From assembly GCA_039934135.1 (NCBI GenBank), contig JBDTMT010000001.1:1-46355 (forward strand): a stretch of 46,355 bases of DNA. The letters run 5' to 3'. The notes beneath the pieces are model-generated. The model did not search any database and was not told where the DNA came from. It saw only the letters and a program-made list of their open reading frames with translations. The number at the start of each line of letters is the position of its first letter. Position 1 is the stretch's first letter. Shown piece after piece: positions 42,001 to 46,355 of the stretch. The DNA comes from a bacterium. GTDB taxonomy: Bacteria; Desulfobacterota; Binatia; HRBIN30; CADEER01. The position numbers and the translations under genes were made by a program.

Positions 42001-44627
42001 CGGTGGCGGCGCCGCGCGCCAATCGCGGCGCGCGCCAGCTCGTCCTCATCCGGCATGACGTCGGCGATGTCACGCGGCATGGTGAAACGCTCCTCGACGC
42101 CGCGCACCGCCACCGGCGGCGCCGTCGGCAGACGGGTGGTGTTGCCGGTGTGCAGCAGTTCTAGGAGCGCGGTGAACGCCGGGGCGTGGTTGGCGAGGTC
42201 GCCGTGCTCGGCGTCGGCCATGTACCAGGTCTGCAGTCCCTCCGGGATGCCGGTCGCCCACGGCACGCGGCCGTCTCCCCGGCTGGTGGCGACGAAGCGC
42301 AGGCGGTTGCCGGCCTTCTCGCGGGTGTGAAACTCCATTTCCACCGGTGTCGCCGGCGCCCAGCCGGCGACGTAGAGGACGCGATCGGCGTGCGGCAGCT
42401 TGGCGGACAGCCGCGCGCGCGCCGCGCGCGCCGCCTCGAGCGCCGCGCGCGCCGGCGGCACCCAGCCCTGGTTGTCGATGTCGGCGATGCGCGCCCAGGT
42501 GGCGGGTGCGAAGAAGTCCATCGCCGCATCGTCGGGCAGCATCTCCAGCGCACCGGGGAAGCGGGAGAGAATGGCGAGAAGCTCCTGACGCGAGTGGCGC
42601 AGGTCGGCCAGCGCCAGCTTGCGCAGGGTGCCCGAGGTGCCGACCAGCAGGCTGGTGATTTCGTGCGAGCCGCCGTTGGGGGTGCCGAGCATCACCAGGC
42701 GTCCCTGCGGGTGCGCACAGATGCGGTCCCACAGCTCCGGCGCCTGGGCGATCATCATGCGCGCCACCAGGCCGCCCATCGAGTGGGCGAGGAGGCGCAG
42801 CGGCTGGCCGCTGGCCGTGGCGGCGTCGAGCCGCATCCGCACCTCCTGCCCGAGACGCTCCGCTGCCTCGGTGATCGACCGGCGCCAGTCGTACGGGAAG
42901 GTGACGACGTCGTGCGAGTCGCTCAGGAACTCGACCAGGTCACCGTAGGCGAGGCCGACCAGCGACTGGGTATCGACGTTCGGCGCGTCGATGGCGATCT
43001 TGCGCAGACCACCCGTCGCGAGGCTGAGCGGGTTGATCCAGACGCGGCTCCCCCCGGCCGCGAGATGGCTCCCCATGATGCCGGGTATGACGAACACCAC
43101 CGGCCGCGGACCGGCCGGCCCGCGCATTGCCCGCTGCGGCACCTCACGCGACTCGCCGGTCGGGACGCTGAAGCCGCCGTCGCCGTCATCGGCGCGGGTC
43201 AGGCCCGCCACCACCCGCTCGGCGGTGCGGGAGTTGGCGAAGTAGGTGAAGTGGCTGACCTCGGCCCCCTGGTCGAAGAATGCGCGCACCGCGTTGCTGC
43301 GCGGCGCGCCCCCGTACATCGAGCGGGTGTCCACCACCAGGTCGTGGTCGCCGCCGAAGAACAGGTCGGGGATCAGCAGCTTCAGCGTGCCGAGGAAGCC
43401 GCCGCCCTCGGCGTCGCCGGCGACCACCGAGAGGTCGGCGTCGACGGTGCGGGCGGGATTGTTGAGGAGCCGCACGAGCGCGGCCTCCGGCATCATCGCC
43501 TCGAGGCCGGGCAGCGATTTCGGATTGGTGCGCTCGCGGGCCACGGCCAGCGTCAGGTCGACGATGCCCTCGTACAGCGGGTTCTGGTCGAGGCCCGGGA
43601 TGCGCCCGACCAAGTTGGCGAGGACGGAGAGCCAGCGATCGAGCTTGCCGGACGCCAGCGTCGTGCCGCGCGCCGGGCAGGCGACGCGCACGAAGCGTTT
43701 GACGGTGAACTGGCAGGCCTTGTCGTCGAGCAGTGCCGACAGCTCCTCCAACTCGCGGCGGCGGTCGGCCTTCACCGCCGGACTGAGCGCGGCGTCGGCG
43801 TCGGCATCGTCGCCGCCGGCGTACAGATCCAGATCCTTGGCGTCGAAGGGACGCCGATCGCGCTCGGCGACCCGGCAGAGGAGCTCGCCGACCAGACCGC
43901 CACGCGAGTGGCTGACGATGTGCAGCGGGCGACTGGCGAGACGCTTTAGAGCGGTCAGCAGGTCGATGGCGTTGCGCACCGGGCTCTCGCTCAGCGTGCG
44001 ATGCTCGAAGGCGAAACAGGCCTTGCCGTAGGAGTCGCGCAGGCGGCGGAGCTCAGCGGCGCGCGGCGCCGACCACAGCGCGCCGAAGCTGCCGGCGGTG
44101 CTCGAAGCGGTGCCGTGCAGGAAGAGCAGCGCCGGCTGGTCCGCGGCCAGCTTCGGCAGCGTGTCGGAGAGATCGAGCGGCCCATCGAGCGAGCAGGCGA
44201 GGAGTCGCGAGTCGCCCCCCTCCAGCCGCTCTGCCAGCTTGCGCGCGGCATGCTCCTGCGGGCGGATGTCGAAGATCTGGAGTGCCTTGAGCACCAGGGC
44301 GCCGATGCCGCGCGTCTTCAGTCCCACCTGCAGGTAGGGCGAGATGGCGATCTCGTCGCTGCCGACGCTACGCGATGCCGAGCCCGGGAACTCGCGCCGG
44401 AAGTCTTCGAAGCGCATCCAGAGGCGTACGTCGCCTTCGATGTGCAGCTCGATGACATCGTCAGGTGTCACTCCCTCGATGATCACCGGCGCGGCGGCTG
44501 GTCCGCGCGCCGCATCGAGGTGGACGGCGCCGCGGCGCTTAACCGCCAGCAGACCGCCGGCCCGCCGTCCATCGTCGACGCCGCCCGACGGCACGTCGGG
44601 GGTCCCTGGAATGCGCAGCGTGGCCAT
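39063..44627 (-). CDS. Giant (1854 aa) multi-effector protein: two alpha/beta-hydrolase (lipase-like) modules, CHAT protease domain, TPR-like region and basic C-terminal tail
   Basis: Start MATLRIPG (44627) after GGAGAG. LLFLHGTASS...HIVSHSRGG. VVFVIPGIMGSHL...FPYDWRRS...LLAHSMGGLV (LCAT/PGAP1-like). CHAT dyad RVLHLAGHG / LVFINCCHLA. C-terminal helical repeats, then KPKRVAGKPRGKMPAAKPSRKKPAATPRAK. Confidence 0.8.
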   Translation of the reverse strand: MATLRIPGTPDVPSGGVDDGRRAGGLLAVKRRGAVHLDAARGPAAAPVIIEGVTPDDVIELHIEGDVRLWMRFEDFRREFPGSASRSVGSDEIAISPYLQVGLKTRGIGALVLKALQIFDIRPQEHAARKLAERLEGGDSRLLACSLDGPLDLSDTLPKLAADQPALLFLHGTASSTAGSFGALWSAPRAAELRRLRDSYGKACFAFEHRTLSESPVRNAIDLLTALKRLASRPLHIVSHSRGGLVGELLCRVAERDRRPFDAKDLDLYAGGDDADADAALSPAVKADRRRELEELSALLDDKACQFTVKRFVRVACPARGTTLASGKLDRWLSVLANLVGRIPGLDQNPLYEGIVDLTLAVARERTNPKSLPGLEAMMPEAALVRLLNNPARTVDADLSVVAGDAEGGGFLGTLKLLIPDLFFGGDHDLVVDTRSMYGGAPRSNAVRAFFDQGAEVSHFTYFANSRTAERVVAGLTRADDGDGGFSVPTGESREVPQRAMRGPAGPRPVVFVIPGIMGSHLAAGGSRVWINPLSLATGGLRKIAIDAPNVDTQSLVGLAYGDLVEFLSDSHDVVTFPYDWRRSITEAAERLGQEVRMRLDAATASGQPLRLLAHSMGGLVARMMIAQAPELWDRICAHPQGRLVMLGTPNGGSHEITSLLVGTSGTLRKLALADLRHSRQELLAILSRFPGALEMLPDDAAMDFFAPATWARIADIDNQGWVPPARAALEAARAARARLSAKLPHADRVLYVAGWAPATPVEMEFHTREKAGNRLRFVATSRGDGRVPWATGIPEGLQTWYMADAEHGDLANHAPAFTALLELLHTGNTTRLPTAPPVAVRGVEERFTMPRDIADVMPDEDELARAAIGARRRHRAAAPPAHRVTVSVAHGDLSYARHPVIVGHYTGDTIVSAEAVLDRHLDGHLRHRLQLGLYPGAIGTHASVLQNDPFRRGGAIVVGLGQVGELTAPGLTRTVAAGVRDYVMTVAERPRDPETPLGAPRSVCLTSLLIGTGAGGLPVRESVAAILRAEVRTNSALRQAQLDREVLIDAVEFIELFGDQAIHAARALRGLESDAELRGGLLIDDPLLVQRAGARWRVLFEESAGWWQRLQIRGVEDGLRFALLTNRARAEVELVATDRSLVDQFLDHATRQPASSQETARTLFEMLLPNALKDQMPNRDSLVLVVDECAARYPWELLEDRWAEGQRPLALERGVLRQLETHDYRERVEITAERTALLIGDPETGGFATPLPGAATEVRAVERSLSGAGFVVRSCIQSDPDAILTALHANAYRVLHLAGHGVHDFPVEPAANDSAGSCAPAGDTGATSSARTRAPRRVSGMVIGDRVFLTAAAVKQMRRVPELVFINCCHLARVDRATPLSAPLQEGHFQRFAANIAAQFIEMGVRAVVAAGWAVDDAAAETFATAFYAHLLRGTPFGTAVLRARNDTYDRHPGFNTWGAYQCYGDPAYTFVPDGAAGDDATPASPVAAVETLRDLEHVAQRARTCGPEEMGQFLQRLDHLASAIRPDWLLRGDILAALGIAYGELRRFDRAVLELRRALAADGSPSVAAIEQLANFESRAAIDLQKGVADGLKGEQPAALVQGAIDRLTRLLELGRTGERLSLLGAAYKRQAQLTSGDQRRAALKKMASCYREAHGPGEGERTFTVGDPYPLLNWLTAEILYDWAGGKSGVDVARWLQEARGEGVKRDTRQPDFWAGTVAPDCDVLIHLLSGDLDQATVRTSISTTYANLHRRAASPRELSSIVEQLEFLIEMTVLQPAADRRKRLRAGLDGLRDDLTAGAAPVASPAAPARKPKRVAGKPRGKMPAAKPSRKKPAATPRAKQGQATRRPRK

Positions 44628-44725
44628 CACGTCTCTCCGATCGGGTAGCGGGGTGCCGAGCTTTGCCCAAAACAACGAACAACCGAACGACTCGGGGCCT
44701 GGGAGCTCTTGGCAAGCCGTGCGTA

Positions 44726-44758
44726 CGGGTCACGCGGGATGGTGCCTCGCGTGACCCG
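44726..44758 (-). other. Intercistronic 11-bp-stem hairpin between the caspase-like and CHAT genes
   Basis: CGGGTCACGCG (44726-36), an 11-nt loop, then CGCGTGACCCG (44748-58). No U-tract follows in the transcribed direction. Confidence 0.5.
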
Positions 44759-44781
44759 GCGGAATATGCGGCGGATCGCCG

Positions 44782-45627
44782 TCAGTCCAGGCCGCCGAGG
44801 AAGGGCAGGTCGAGACCGCTCGCGCGTCCCTCCAGTTGCGGGATCTGATCGAAGGCGGACTTCGTCAGCGCCGCGCTGGTACGGGTGTGTAGCTCGCGGT
44901 TTGTCAGCCGCCCGCGGGCGGCGCGGATCGCCTTGCACAGGTAGTAGGTGAGGGCGCCGTTGTAGCTGCCGCCAATGTCGGCGTCGGCCGAGGTCTGGGT
45001 GGAGCGACAGCCGGTGACGAGGATTTCTGGAATGTCCACGGCGACCACGTCACGCGGCGCGCGTCTGGCGGGCGACGAGCGCAGCGAACCGCGAACGGCG
45101 CCGCGCAGCGAGCGCCCGGACTCCTCGGCCACCAGGTCCCACGGGCTGGGGAGGTAGCGCTCGACGACCTTGGCATCCGGCGGCTGCACGGCGCGGGTGA
45201 TGCTGCCGGAGTGGCAGCAGTCCATCACCACGGTCAGACTGGCGCCGCGAGCCTTGACGCGATCGATGGCGGTTCGCAGCCAGTCGTCGAGAAGCGGCTT
45301 CTTCCAGTCGAGATCGGTCGGACAGAGGATCTCGTCGCGGTGGTCGGCCTCGTCGCCGTTCTTGTCTGGCACGTTCGACCCGTGCCCGGAGTAGTGGAGG
45401 AGCAGCACGTCGCCGCGCTTCGACTCCTTGATCAGGGTGTTGATCGCGGCCTTCATCGCCGTGGTGGTGGCGGCGAAGTCGAGCAGGCGGGCGATGTCCT
45501 TGCGCCGGAAGCCGTAGACTTCGGTGAGCACGGACTCCATGTTCTTGACGTCGTTGACACAGCCGCGCAGATCCGCGCCCGCGATCCGGTAGCGGTTGAT
45601 GCCGATCATCAGTGCCTTCTTCGCCAT
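44782..45627 (-). CDS. Caspase-like (peptidase C14 / metacaspase-type) protease
   Basis: Start MAKKALMIGINRY (45627) after GGGAGG. Catalytic dyad motifs LLLHYSGHGS and VVMDCCHSGS. Confidence 0.8.
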   Translation of the reverse strand: MAKKALMIGINRYRIAGADLRGCVNDVKNMESVLTEVYGFRRKDIARLLDFAATTTAMKAAINTLIKESKRGDVLLLHYSGHGSNVPDKNGDEADHRDEILCPTDLDWKKPLLDDWLRTAIDRVKARGASLTVVMDCCHSGSITRAVQPPDAKVVERYLPSPWDLVAEESGRSLRGAVRGSLRSSPARRAPRDVVAVDIPEILVTGCRSTQTSADADIGGSYNGALTYYLCKAIRAARGRLTNRELHTRTSAALTKSAFDQIPQLEGRASGLDLPFLGGLD

Positions 45628-45712
45628 GGTCGTTCCTCCCTCTCGTTCGCCGGATGATGGCGCGGCGCCTGCCGCGGCGGAGTCTCGGGCGTGTCTGCGC
45701 CGGCGCCTCTCG

Positions 45713-46355
45713 TCATTGATGCCGCCAGAACGCGAACGACTGGAACTGGGCACCGCGCCACCAGGCGCTCGGCTTGACGATCAGGCGGTGGTTGGTGACG
45801 CCCGCCTGTGATTCGACCGGATTGCGCACCGCCCCGGCGGCGGTGCGGGCGGCGCGGACTCGATCCTCGGGCGCGACGGCGACGATGTGGCCGGAGCGGT
45901 TGGTGTCCTTGCGCTTGGCGGCGATCAGGCACACCTGTCCGGCATTGGCCGAGGCCTGGAGCACGTCGAGGTCGGGTACCCACTGCCATCCGAAGGCCGG
46001 GCCGAAGTCGCGCAGCCAGTCGTGCAGCGCGTTGGCGTTGAGCTCGCGGACGGTGGCGTCGTAGCGCACCGGCACGTCCTCGCCGGCGCCGATGCGAGCG
46101 AGGGCGGGCGGCGTCCAGAAGACCCGTGGCAGGTAGACCTGCGCCAGGTAGCAATAGTCGTAGGCGTAGACGTTGCAGTAGGTCGTGGTCGTCTTCGGAC
46201 CGTATCGCAAGTGGCTGCGGCGCTCGCTGTCGAGGTAGGCGATGATCGCCAGCAGCTCCGCGGCGCCGCGCGCCGGGTCGCTGGCGCGCCGCCGCGGCAT
46301 GCCGGTCTCGCCGAGCGGAAAGGCGTGGCCGCCATCGCGGCGGCGGGTGATGTCG
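45713..46355 (-). CDS. Papain-fold (NlpC/P60- or CHAP-like) Cys-His hydrolase, putative; 5' end may lie beyond the window
   Basis: TTTYCNVYAYDYCYLAQVYLPR (candidate nucleophile Cys) and NRSGHIVAVAP (candidate His). The frame stays open from 46300 to the window edge, so the MPRRR start at 46300 is not secure. Confidence 0.45.
   Translation of the reverse strand, partial: DITRRRDGGHAFPLGETGMPRRRASDPARGAAELLAIIAYLDSERRSHLRYGPKTTTTYCNVYAYDYCYLAQVYLPRVFWTPPALARIGAGEDVPVRYDATVRELNANALHDWLRDFGPAFGWQWVPDLDVLQASANAGQVCLIAAKRKDTNRSGHIVAVAPEDRVRAARTAAGAVRNPVESQAGVTNHRLIVKPSAWWRGAQFQSFAFWRHQ

Noticed and set aside
1-46355. Search for CRISPR arrays, rRNA, transposases, integrases or reverse transcriptases.
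   Set aside because: I could recognise none in any frame. The tRNA-linked islet and the 41-bp inverted repeat therefore lack an identifiable mobility enzyme within the window.

Overview
High-GC bacterial chromosomal fragment with strong GC3 bias. OM beta-barrels, lipoproteins and Tat signals point to a diderm; the taxon cannot be fixed from sequence alone. The ORF track prints GTG and other alternative starts as M, and most long antisense ORFs are GC-driven shadow frames.

Left third (1-16.3 kb):
- An OM barrel, a PAS/GAF histidine kinase and a Cys-rich lipoprotein.
- tRNA-Ser(UGA), whose 3' half is repeated 59/59 bp about 0.85 kb downstream. The repeats bracket a BrnT/BrnA module.
- A second (RelE/ParE-Phd) module with a palindromic operator, and a perfect 41-bp inverted repeat.
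- CoA-transferase and thioesterase genes.
- A belt of decayed genes: mprF and acvB fragments fused tail-to-tail, a twice-frameshifted Tat metallophosphoesterase, a 5'-truncated amt and a glnD 3' remnant.

Right two thirds (16.5 kb to the window edge) is a dense conflict/defence-type island:
- Five TIR-superfamily modules spread over five proteins.
- Three different P-loop scaffolds: KAP, a ParA-like ATPase with a KGGTGR Walker A, and a STAND-like NTPase with WD40 repeats.
- A pYEATS-like domain and two paralogous SLOG-like domains, one of them on a Tat lipoprotein.
- Effectors: patatin, a caspase-like protease, and a 1854-aa protein with two lipase modules, a CHAT domain and TPRs, downstream of a papain-like hydrolase in the same orientation.
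- A SARP/BTAD regulator, and an embedded lipoprotein / TPR-barrel / FecR envelope operon.

A roughly 20-nt motif (core GGRAAGTCC, followed by TTG in four of five copies) recurs upstream of several island transcription units, always oriented toward the downstream gene. This suggests a common regulon. All domain calls come from motif recognition by eye and need HMM or structure confirmation.
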